In this document: in pieces, positions 25,901-38,402 of the stretch
Layout of the letters: each line of letters begins with the position of its first letter
Position numbering within the stretch: the first letter of the stretch is position 1
NCBI RefSeq assembly: GCF_964204645.1
Contig: NC_134026.1
Span: forward strand, 28,306,150 to 28,370,149
Reading direction: 5' to 3'
DNA: 64,000 nucleotides
Origin: Tubulanus polymorphus
Lineage: Eukaryota; Animalia; Nemertea
Program-made: the position numbers and the translations under genes
Notes under the pieces: generated by a model
What the model was told of the DNA's origin: nothing
What the model saw: the letters and a program-made list of their open reading frames with translations, nothing else
Database searches by the model: none

Positions 25901-28900
25901 ACCACACAAATCAATACACATCAAATTATCACAGTATAGTATCACAGCAGCACATACTCCCTGTTAAAAATTTGCCATTAGTAACCCTCAAGATAATGAG
26001 AGGAGCTTCGAAGATGCAACATACATGTAGTACCGTAATCAACACTTACTAAAACGAATTTACTGTACAATTTTTCTCTTATCTGCATTGTCTCGATGAA
26101 TAGAGGGTTGTCGATTAGATTGCCACCCACTTGTAGACTAGGCAACAATGGCATCAGTGTTCCAAATAATAAACACTGAGCAAATTTAGTATATCTGTGA
26201 ATTATTATTGCAACATCAAGCATTGAACTAGTGACCAGCAGGAGTTTTGGATCGCTTGGATTTCCGGATGAAACTTTTGCTTTTGATTGGTCGTCTTGGG
26301 CCGGACATTTTTCATTTTCATATTCACCACAATCTTTTATGGAATGTTCAATGTCTTTTTTGTCATTACCCCATTGAAATAAACTATCCTTCAAACTTCT
26401 AACAGCAGAGCTAAAGCGTTCTAAGTAGCTAGGATCATTGACTTTATGTGAATCCACTGATTTGTCCATCTGGCTAGTCCCGGGTTTGCTACTTGCATCA
26501 AAATTTGTGTCTTTAGGTTTCTCAGCCCCAACTTCAGACACTTCAACTTTTGATACAGGAATAGGTTTCAGTCTTCTAGGGGTTTTCTTTTTATTTTGAT
26601 TGCTTGTTGGAGAATGGTAGACCAAGTTTGCTGATGGTGATGAAGCGATCATCCTTGGAAATCTCATCAAATCACTCATATATGTATAAATACTATGGTC
26701 ATGAATATTCTCTGTAACTGGATCACCTACTGTTTTGTCATCACTTTCATGTACGTTTAGATATTCATTACTGGAAACTGTCTCAATCATAAGTCGCACA
26801 ACTTTTTTCAGTTTCCTTTGCTCCTCTGGACTAAGTTCACTGTATGCATTTGCATGATGTTTATGCATGAATTCAGTTATCAACTGATTCTCAAATTCTT
26901 GTGAAGTTTTTCCAGTAGACACTTCTGATGTTTCAGAAGATGTATCTAATGTTTCTGAACGAGAGGAAAATGATATTCTTTTAGATTTTGATTTTTGATG
27001 CTGTCGCATGGTGGGAGAGGATATACTATGATGAAGACGGTTTGTTCTGCTGAAGAATAAAACATCAGTATCATCACAAGACATCTGTCGTATTTCAATC
27101 TTTGGAGCATCGCGGAAAATGTTGGGATCTAGAGACGTGCTTAAAACTGGCTCTGTGACATGCATGATATCTTTTTTTATAGCAAGAGGAGTTGAAATCT
27201 GATGAGGAATCGGATGAAGATCAACCGAAACTGTTGTTTGGTTATCAGTAAGCGAAGCTTCCAAGTTTTCTGGAATTGGTGTCTCAGAACCAATTTGTTG
27301 GATTGGTGTGCGCCTTTTTGATCTTGGAGTTGATTGCTGCAAAACGCAAATAGACAATAAGCCTAAACTAAAACTATGATACTGAATAGAAAAGGCTAAT
27401 AAAAATCACAACACATTGCTTTACCTCTCGAGGCGAATTTGAATTGGACTGTACATGTGAACTGAAGGCAGAATTCCAAGACTGTGTTAAAGATGCCAAA
27501 CTTGATCTGAGACGATGGTGAGTGGTTGATATCACAGCTGAAGGTTCATATGGAATAGTAATGACATCAAACTGTAAAATGAGGTAATTGTAACAGACAG
27601 ACGAAGACAAAAGACATACATTTTCTCAAAATAGACTGCAAAATAGATTACCTCTTCGTGCTCAATAGTGTCTATTACAAGACACTGTAAATGCGTTTTG
27701 ATTGTCGATAACCAAACTTGCCCTAAAGGATAGAAACTACTATGCCAGGTCTTCATGCTGAAAATCAAGATACATGAATGCGTGCTTATATACATACTTT
27801 TAAATATTGATTGAAATTGAAAAATTTGTGCATAACATACTTACTCATCTGTCAGAAAACAGTTCCATTCCTCATCAAAGCACTTCAGACTGTAAGCTAA
27901 ACTTATCATCAATACCATATTCTCGTCATTTGGCTGAAAAATAGCACCAGATTATTAAGTCATACAGTGCTTTCCAGGCAATTTTTAGATAATGAATACT
28001 AACTGGTTTATTGATAAATTCTTCACACAGTAGTGCGACATCAGCCATCAAAAGCATGTAGAATGTTTGAGCAGCCTCAGCAGCAATATTACAATATCTG
28101 AAATTACCACAAAAATACTATATACATGTACAGGTACATCAATGGTTTTTATAAAATAGAGGGTTTACACCAATATTTTCTTATTACCTTTTAAAACTGT
28201 GATTATAATTTGCCTTATAATCAGTTACTTCATCTTCTATCTTATGCAGAAGTTTGTTCAACTAAAATGTGTTAAAATGAATACATGAATACATAATTAG
28301 GAGTAAACCAATCTATTAAAAGAACTAATAAGGAAATACATACAAGGCATGGGTGAATTGAAGTAAGAAATGTATCTAATTCAAGTTCATCAATCAGCAA
28401 CATTTTATGTCTTTCATATGCTGTGGAGAAACTTTCCTGAAATCAATATGTAATATTGCAAATAGTAAGAAAAATTGATGAAAATATTTACTAAAATACA
28501 ATGATTCCCTACCCTCATATATTTGAGCACGTAATCTTTGACTGATATATCTTCTTTTCCGGCAAAAAATGATTTCATAAGTAACAGCTTCTCCAACAGA
28601 TCTAAGAACGCAGCTTCAATAAAAGCAAATATGACATTATCAGACTTTAACCATCTTTATCCTACGATTAAAGTACACCGTAATTAGTGATGAATACTTA
28701 CTGATACCATCAGACGGTTTGTTGCCAGGAAACAAGCGCTTTACCCTTGTCAGTGAGTTCTCACATTGTTTATGCAGATATGTCAATGTTTCAGTTAAAA
28801 TCTCGAGCTAAAAGATAAAAGATTGTAAAATTGTGAACATTTTCAAATACAATTATTATCACAATGTACATAGATTTAGAATAGATCACCCTCACCTCTT

Positions 28901-31009
28901 TTTTTACCATGACAATGTTTTGTTGGCTTGCAGGAAGCATTAGGCTAATTTCATCGATTATGGTTGAAACATGGTTCACAAACCATGGGTAATGCTCAAA
29001 ATTCTCAGTCAAATATTGAAGGTATATGACTTTCTGGAACATGTCACACTGAAAATAGAAGATGAAAATGTGACCATAAATGACAATCATGTAGATCTAG
29101 CTCCTGACACAATTTTCAAAACATACAACGCCATATCTTAATCCAAATTCTTTCAGGAGACGTTTTGTAGCAGAAGATTGTGGATATGTCGGTTTGATAG
29201 TTTCATTCTCAACTCCATCCACTTGGAATCTGTATGTACTTTCATATCTATCAATACACACAACATAGCATACTTTAATATTACCAATTTATACCATAAA
29301 TAGTACAGTAGAAATGTCACAATACCTCAGGAGTTTCTTCATAAGTGCATGATACTGCTGATGGCGAGAAGGTAAAGACAATCTATAGAATGATTGGTGT
29401 GGAAGAGAACTAGTCCAGAATTTACTGACTAAAAGCATTATCTGTTTACGACGCCATTGCTGCCATTGATCATAGGCATGTGGACTCTAATAAGCAGAAA
29501 AAGAAATCTTCAGTGTTCTGTAAGCTTAACGGTACTAGCAATTAATTCTGAAATGAACTTACCACAAAATTGTGTGGATTATAGAAAGGATCATTATTAT
29601 TTTCTAGTTGTGTTAGCTGCATTTTTAATTCTTCAGCCAGTAGCTGAAAATTCATAAATGCCCACATGTAATGTCCATAGGCCTATATAGTTGCAGTTTG
29701 GTTATAGATACAGTCAATATCTCAATCTTACCCGTGCATGAGATTTCTTATGCAACATTCCAGCAATCATCCGATCGTAATGTTTAGTAGCATCACGGTC
29801 CAAACCAAATGCATGTCGTATTAGATCGCACAATGTTTCTGATGATATGACAGATGTATTTTCATCACAATCATCGACTTCCATTTGTGGATTATCAACT
29901 GGAATCTGATGCATTTCAAGCCTGTATTCAGCAACAGAGTGCCGCCGAGGGATCATCTTTGGTGGGGTAGGGGAAGGTAGATCTGGTGCACACAGTTTTG
30001 GATATAATGCACATAAAAAAGCATCCTTATATAGACAGTGATCCTATCAGAAAAATCAAAGAAATGAAATATTTGTAAGAAAGATTGAATTTAAAAGGAG
30101 TTAAATAATTTGGCAGATTATTCTTTAAAGAAACATACATCATCGGACAGTCTTTTCACATCCAGCTTTTCTTTTCTGTCTCTGGTCATCGCTCCTTCTT
30201 CTAAAGTCAAATCTTTGATGCTACCACGTACCTTTAACAATGATTGTTGTGATGGAGGATTTTAAATATGATAAATCATATCTGGTTGTGATAGAATCAA
30301 TCTAATTCACTTACTACTCTAACACTACTGAAACTGGTCTTACATCCAATTGAAGTCAATTTTGCTCGACATTTGTGAGGCCTTCAATAAACAATTAGAT
30401 AATTCAGTCATAGTAGCATGAACAAACAAAATTAAACGCAACAAAATGGCAGAAATCTTCTTAGGAATTAATCACAGGGCCTGACACAAAAACTTTCGAT
30501 CCCAGTATTCTAGGTACTACATATAGTACCTAAGATACGAGGGTAAAAAACTTTTTGTGTCAGGCCGGAAAGCTCACTGATGGCATTTGATTTTATCATT
30601 TACTGATTACTATTGACCTCAATAATTTGGTCTATGTCAGCTGCTTATTTACAGATACATAAATTGAGCACAATAAAGAAAAAGATAGAAAAATAATTTT
30701 ACTTGTCAATCCAAGAATTTTCTTTGGTAGGGAACTACTTACTTGAACTTGCTGAAATATTGATTGATCGAACTATGGGTTTTAGCAGCTCTAGAAATAG
30801 AAAAAGAAGAGAATCTAAGGTATAGCAAAATCATTAACTAATTTACAATGACTGGAAAAGTGGATGACTTACTTCAAAAGTATTGAACCCGCAGATTCAG
30901 TTTCGTGATCTTGAAGTCCCTCTGGAGTCGTCCAACATGTTTCTTCTTGCTCCAAAAGAGCATCGTAACACTTATCAAATGTAATTACTGGGATATCGGG
31001 CACATCCAT
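22986..31009 (-). CDS. Munc13/BAIAP3-related MUN (MHD1+MHD2) protein with C-terminal split DEP domain and no C2 domains; >20 exons
   Basis: Spliced peptides match MUN motifs: QQYHALMKKLL...LLKEFGLRYGVCDMFQKVIYLQYL, KRLFPGNKPSDGI, TSSMLDV, MCFRINNM, MKPVLEFLEINFKALSRWLY...ELWHLL, QFMHENGSGM, LNLYSESTAKLIALY. DEP-like RKCFSGKQLIDWI...LAQTLLDEGVI follows, then a terminal ILYTRRKRDKLAKNFI helix. Probable ATG at 31009 (MDVPDIP); the first few exons are less certain. Confidence 0.8.
30478..30566. mobile_element. ~90-bp palindromic MITE in intron
   Basis: ggcctgacacaaaaa...ttttgtgtcaggcc with internal taggtacta/tagtaccta pairing. The left flank is CAG. Confidence 0.7.
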
Positions 31010-32574
31010 ACCCTCACAAAAATTCTAAGAATGATAGAAAATACCTGCAAAAACGATAAGCATATACACTGTACTAATGGAACTTTCCACATTCTGGTTT
31101 TACACTCTCGTTTAATCATACATCATGTGACCAACTTGACCTTCCGTTTTGGAAATACAATACGTTTATGGTAATTACAAATCTACAGCTTTAAAAATAT
31201 GACTCTGAATATGATAACTGTGCCTTAATAATTTCTATTGACTGGAAATGGGAATAAGAAGCAATCATTCAAAATATGCATTTATCTCAAGACTATAACA
31301 GAATATGTTCACGCTTAAGTGAAACTAAATGAAATGCCTTCCAGATAAAAAGGTCAAAGTTTCCCATTGAAGTTTTGTATTGAATTTCCTACTTTGATAA
31401 TCCAGAAATGTCATCAGTAGTTTATTACCGTAAGCATGATCGTCAACATAATCATGGTACAAGCTACGATGACTAAGCGAGTTAGACTGTAGTAAGAAGC
31501 TTGAGACATTTTAAAAATTACATCCGATCTTTACTAAAATTGATATATTGTAGCCTACAATGATAGATATTACTGCACCATTAATCAGAGATGGATCTAT
31601 AGCACTTTCTGGTCATAGGCTTTTGTGAGGTAATTTAAAATGAGGTACTCTTCATCAACTTGCCCTGTAATTACAGGGGTTAAAATCTGGGTACCAAGTG
31701 GAGATGACAAAAATCTGGTTTGGATTGTCAGTTGTTAGGACCCAGATTTAATTAGACTTGGAAATTTGTTCAATTTAGTCCAACTTTTATTTGAATCTGG
31801 ACCCAGTTCCACAGTTACTAAGTTTGAATCTGAGCGCTATAAAAGCCTATGATCTAATTGCTTGAGTCCGCATCTCAAGTGATAATCGGACAGCTGCAAC
31901 CTGTGGCGTCAGTGTTACATCAGGTCAATTTCATCAAAGACAGCATTAAAGATTTTAAATACAAATACATCCAGCATGTCCAGGGTGATGAATATCATAA
32001 ACAAATGAGAAAAGATAATAATAATAGTCGAATTGGCTTTCTTATGAAGGCCAATTAATTAAGCCACATCAGAGGTGCGGAGTGGAGTGACCACAATCTT
32101 AATTATTAGGGCGAGTCAACCATTGTACCCCTAGGTATATATAGCTTGAGTGCATAAATCACAACCTAAGGGATGGGGTTGGGGGCGCGGAGAGCGTCCC
32201 TGGAACTCATTCTAATGGTGGTTGATTTCTCTGAAATCATAGTACTAACTCTCAGGATAATGATATCAAAGCAAGCGGATTTTCTTTTTCTTTTTGGTCT
32301 CGGTTTGGTTAGTAGTAACTATAGAACTTTCACTTTGTCTTATGATTTGCACTAGATCCTAAAAGTGAACGCTAGTCGATGTCAAACGACCTGGCTGCAA
32401 ACAAATTCGAATTACAAATAAATACCAAAATGTCAAGCACAACGAATACTACATGCGGCAAAAAGCTGAATAAAATAGGAACTTACATGATGTCGTAACT
32501 CAACTGCTATATCCTTCCTTTTGGTACAAGAAATGCCAGAAATAATATAAACCCTTTCAACAATTATTATGATC

Positions 32575-32830
32575 AGTCGCCATTTTGTTGATCACATGAC
32601 TTGCAGTCTAGCCTGGCGATTTCGCAATAAAATCGCTTATATCGTGTTTCTATACCCGAAATACGATTAGATCAAGTGTTCTAGTAATAAAGCGGATATT
32701 AGAGAAATTCACAGACTATGTCAAACTGTATTTTTTGGACTAAAAAGGGTTGCATTTTGATCGCAAAGTTTGAAAATTGCGTCAATTTATTCATGAGATC
32801 ACGTGATAGAGTGTAATGGCGGAATGGTGG
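32575..32830. promoter_or_regulatory. Bidirectional promoter between the MUN-DEP gene (-) and the Ski-like gene (+)
   Basis: CGCCATTTTG (YY1-like) next to TTGATCACATGACT (32588-32601) on one side; GATCACGTGAT (~32797) and AATGGCGG (~32815) on the other. A minus-strand donor lies at 32481-32486 and plus-strand non-coding exons follow (e.g. 33549-33662, 40940-41042). Confidence 0.55.
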
Positions 32831-35800
32831 TGCACGGTGTTAACATCGCGCTCCGATAATTCACTAATTTTCAACTGTTTTGCAGCATAATCCGCACAAA
32901 ACACCAGGCGCTGTTTGGATTATATATACCGGATTATCCGTCCAAAAGGTGCTTTATTAGAAAATGTTTAATTCTCTTTAAGAAAACTTATATTTTGTAA
33001 TGACCTCATACTATGCATAGTCTCGCTACACACTGGCTTCTTGGATTTTCACTAGGACTTTATTTCTGTTGATTGTTATTTTCGTTTGGCATTTATTGTC
33101 CGAATTATTAGAATTTTCTAGACCGGAGAATGTTGATGGTAGTGCTATTGCATTAAATTTCGTACCCCTATTTATTTCAATTTTTCAAATCCATATTCGA
33201 AGTTAAAAAGTGATCTAAATTTTATATGCTGTTTTTAAGATTGATAGTATAGTTTTTCAACTAAGTCAAAATGTAGGCCTAATCGCAGAATCTTAAATGT
33301 ATACTTTTGGTATTTTAATACGCTTGAATTTTCAGGATATGTTGTTACACAGTTTTTGAGCGGATAACCTAACTGGATACTATTAATTATTGATTCTCTG
33401 ATAATTCCATAACCATTTTTTTGTAGCATTCTACATGTGCTGTACGATATGCTATGCCATGTTGGCATACGTTATTGTGGATTTGTTGGCCTCGTTAAAA
33501 TGTCAAGAACTATGATGTGTGTAAATGGGGTTATTTTTATCTTCTAGGTTAACAATATAGAGAATATTCAAACCTATCTGGATTACATAATAATCAAAGG
33601 CACACTTCCTAAGAAAGAAAGAAAAGAAGTTGTAGGCCTATGAATTAGAAAGAAGACTCTTGGTAAGTAAAGTACAGGTTATCTCTTTGACACTTCATGC
33701 ATGCAGTGCCACATCGATCAGTTACATTATTAAATTCAAAGACTCCTCGTTCGATGAGACCAAGTGATTCTTGATTTATTTATAATAGTAGTTACCATGT
33801 CAATATGTATAGGCCTACATCAGATAAGTCAACACAATGCTTAAGTCATCACTGTTTTTTGTCTCAAATTTTATTTCCAATTCAATTTGCTTAATATAAG
33901 TTGCATTTCTTATATCATTTGTTTTTTAGTCCTGAATTTGTATTTCCGATTCAATCTCTAAGTATAAGTCACCTGTTGGATAGGTCATCACATTACTCAA
34001 GTCATCTCTATTTTTGGGTCCTAGATGTATTTCAGATTCTATTTACTAAGCGTAAGTCATCATTAGGATAAGCCGGCAACCCCAATGATAATCCCAACTG
34101 TGACGATTTTGGGCGAGTTTGACTGTAAATATATACAATCATCGGTTTATTTATTATCTTCAAAGCCTATGTATATTTTGATCTATTCCAGTAATAGAAC
34201 ATCATACCCTATTTTCAGTTCGATCTTCCATATATAGTTATGCGTTAATGATTTGAGTCATTTTGCCCCGTCTCTGGCAAAACCTGTTTTTCATATAGAG
34301 TTGTTCTGTTCATTGTGTACACATGTACACGTGAGTAGGATTATCCTGGTGACAGAATGGGCTGTCTTTGTTTACAGTGAACCCCGATGTACGGTGATGA
34401 TGTACTGTTACATTCACGTGTTCCATCTGGTTGTGTAGTCAGGTATGAACGATGACAATAGATGAAACGTTCCTATCGGGTGAATTTACTGCAAACGTTC
34501 GAACTGAAATATCGAAGTTGAGATATTATTTTCGTCGTGATATAGTTGTTTTCGATTGATAAAGCATCGGATTTGTCAATAGACGTTCATTATCGCGGGT
34601 CTCTATACTAACTCATATTAAGCATTGATCTGTACGCACATGAATTGACTGCGTTGTTTCGTAGTGTAGAAACAGGTTTGGAATTCCCAGTCAATAGCTT
34701 CGTGTATTATGGTATATGCCTAGATAGTAGAGATGCTAGTTAAAACTGATACCATTGTGATTCAGAAACCTATTTCGTACCTCGGTTTTGTAAAGGTAAA
34801 GTCTGTTCACAATTCATAGTGGTATTTGTCAGAAACACAGATTGTTTATAAGCCTGCGCTGTTTTCAGAAGGGTCTTTAGGTGAGCAACCTATATTTCCG
34901 TTGCCTCAGTATGATAATAAGCTTGAAATTTAAAAACGCAATACAACCATGTGTCGCATTTATTTTATACATTACGGTATATACAGGCGCAGTAAAGGTC
35001 TCGCTAGGCCTAATAGTTCTATATAACTCATTTTTCTCGAATACGATAGAACTTCACTTGTACGTATGCTACAGATGCTCACTGAAATATCAATATGAAT
35101 GGATTATTTTGGTGCAGCATATTCCGAGTGCGCGTTGATCAGATATCAGCTTATTTTTGATTTGTTACAGTCTACTAAAAAAAATTTGGCCTAAGTGCAA
35201 AATGGTAAAAACTTGTAGGCCTATACAATGTCAGTTTTTCGTATATAAAGGTGCGCATCTTTGTTTTATTTATTTGGTCCTGCAACCTTTAAAAATCATG
35301 ATTAAAGATAATTTGAAGAAATGTTGTATATATGTTACTATATTTGTAATGTATTTTACCAGTTTTTGTATCATTTGAAACAATTCCTCAATCATTGATT
35401 TTCTCTGCAGGTCTAGATTTCATTTTGAAATCTGGTTGTTGTTGTTTTTTTCATAATCGTATAACATTAACGATCAATGATATCTGATTACGATGAGTAA
35501 ATGAATCATGATTCGCGTCTTAGTTTAGATGAAGTCCGTAATAAACCTAGATACTTATATTTGGTTGGTGGAGCTGATATGAAGCCAGAGTTCTGTCAAG
35601 AGTATTGATCCGATGCAGTTTACACGGGAATGCTGAATGCACAAATTGCAGGCTTTACAGATATATTCCACGAACCAGTATGTGTCTGTCTATAAAGCCA
35701 CGAAGGACTTACCCACCCCCAGGTTCCATCGCTATCGCGCCGCATTTCATTTGCGATTTGCGTCAACTTCATAATTGCGTTAATATTTTCTTCGAAATTA

Positions 35801-37635
35801 AAAACCGTTTCGAGGAAGAACTTAATCTCGTAAAGAAGCCAGTGAATTATTAAAACTAAAAACAGATTTATTGTCGTCATGGTTTTGAAGGCATTTCAAA
35901 ATTGTTTCTGGCTCTAAAAAGGTTAATAAATGATGACTGATTCGATGATGTTAGCAGCTTGCCGAGAGGTTTTTTTATGGACTATATGATTACTCAACTG
36001 GCTGTAATGTATAACAGATGACAGATTTTCTGATATATCGTATCCTAGGAAATTATGTTATGTTTCTAGTTGCTCATATTATGATAGCGTCTGTATATTG
36101 GGCCCTGTAGAGTTCACAGTTCTCTGATATTGTAGGCCTATTTGTTTACATATTGGAATTTCCAAAAATTGAATACTTCGAATTTTCTTGCTCAGTACCT
36201 TTAGCGCGAGTCTCAACAAGATACATTGTTATGCTTGTTTCATATAGGATGTTTGTCCTATTGAGTCTGTCTCTCTCATTCTGTACAGCAGAAAAAACCG
36301 TTCAAATGTTCGAAGCGATCCATCAACTGGATGAGCGCTGTATAACAGATGAGGAAGTACAAATCATATGGGGGTCAATAAAAAGTACACTGCTCTAAAA
36401 CGAGGTAAAAATCGGGTAGGAATGCTCGGCCTAAGGTTTCAGTGAATTGATTATAGTGTAGTATAGCGACTTGTTCGGCTTCCAGATTTATGCAATAGAA
36501 AATTTGATCTGAATGTTGTTTATTACGTGTATAGAGAGATTACTAATGCGTCACATGGTTAATCATTATTTGGTATTTGTTGATCTACAAACTGCGTCTG
36601 ATTAACAAAGCCAGTACACGTTCCCTGAAGGTGACATTTTGACTTCGACTTCGGTAGTCTAAGACAGTTTTAATCATGAATAATGAATATTTGGCTGTAA
36701 TGATTTTTCGAAGGTTTTATTATCGATATTGATGGCTTTTTATGATATCCGGGTAGTGCATTCTTCGGTTGAGATTTTATAGGTTTTTTTTCCGCATTTC
36801 ATTAGCGTTTATCAGGAAGGCGTGTGTATTCAGTAACTAGGTAACCAATTTACCGGCGTGACTCGAGAATCAGAGCCGTGTACACGTGAGAAACATAATC
36901 TACCGTTAAATTTCAATCAACAATAGAGAAAAATTGTAATTCGAGTCTCGTTTCAGTGAGTTTCTTAAGGCGGGCGCCGGTCGACTGACGACTATAGTTG
37001 TGACGCAACCCTCGGTGTGTGACTAGTTTCTATCTGTTGCAAGAGCCGGGTTTATCAGTTGCGACTGGGAGTGACAGAAAGTGGACCGTGTATGACTCAT
37101 CGTGACTGGCACGGTTGACAATCGCGTTGCAACAACTCGCAAGCAGTTGCAACCTAGGCCTGGCTTAAATGTTTAGTAGGGTGGCTACTTAAACCTGGAA
37201 ATCAGGTAAAACTTAGGGAAATTTGTTGAGATTGCTAGATCGTGCGTGTAATCAAACAGTTTCCGTCTATGAGATACGTATTTAATTGATTGGATTCTTA
37301 GCAGATCAGAAGTCAGGAAAAACAACGTGCATGTCAGGGAGTAGTGTGGGAAAAGGCGAGTCAAATGAAAGTGGCCGCCCTGTCTATGGTTTAGCTGCGC
37401 CGGCGATGTTCTCAAAAAGATGATGCATTTTATACAGTCATCATCTCGATCGCGCAGGACATACATAGAGGGGGCCTAGTCGATTCATGCATGTATCAAA
37501 CATTACTCGTTACAATATAATAAACTCACGAAGTGAAGGCTCATATTCAACACACGAGCTATTGAACCTGTGACAAACTCGATTATTTATAACCGAATAT
37601 TGACATTCCACGTTTATACATTACTGACATGAAGA

Positions 37636-37707
<72 letters not shown>
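37636..37707. repeat. (TA)n microsatellite
   Basis: Visible directly, with one G interruption. Confidence 0.98.
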
Positions 37708-37710
<3 letters not shown>

Positions 37711-38402
37711 TTGAATCAATTTCACTTTCCTCGTGATGGGATTTGATTAGAAAAAAAATAACTACTCAAAATACGTTTCTTCTATCGAGGTGAGGAGATA
37801 TGTATGCAATATTTGATATATGTCACTGCTGGGAGAGTTTGCGTGAATGATGGTTTACTAGTGATAAACCGGCGGTGGTTCCAGCGCGGTGTATGTGTGC
37901 GTGTAAGGCCTATATGGGTATAAACTGATAACACTATAAATCTATAATGATTGAACATGTAATTCTGGAGCAACATCTGTAATGTGTAACTGATTGGCGA
38001 ACAAAGACATAACGCAGGCGTATGGTGGTACTGATAGTTATATATGGTACTGCTGGTTATGTAGGTCTAGTTGGTATGTTTTTTTCTCTTTAGATAAAAG
38101 CAAGAACTGATGTGTACGGGTATGAATTTGATCGCGTTTGAAAATGTATCGTTTTTGGTACCCACGTACAATTTCAGTCAATGAAACTGAAGGCCTGACG
38201 TTTAGCTAAATGGTATTGAATAAAGGTTATCATTTGCTATAGGCCTATGTTTGTTTGCATCTATCATGATATATTTAAACAGCTCGGCAACAGTTTCGAT
38301 AATGAAAATTAAATTCAACTGAATTCTCATTAATGATTTTCCCTCGCGACTACTGGAAATTTCTAGGTTCGGTTTGATAAGGTGTAGTCGGTGTGTAGAT
38401 AT

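Noticed and set aside
34393-36033. Possible C/D box snoRNAs (RTGATGA...CTGA at ~34393-34507 and ~35930-36033)
   Set aside because: No terminal stems or recognisable rRNA-antisense guides; the motifs are expected by chance.
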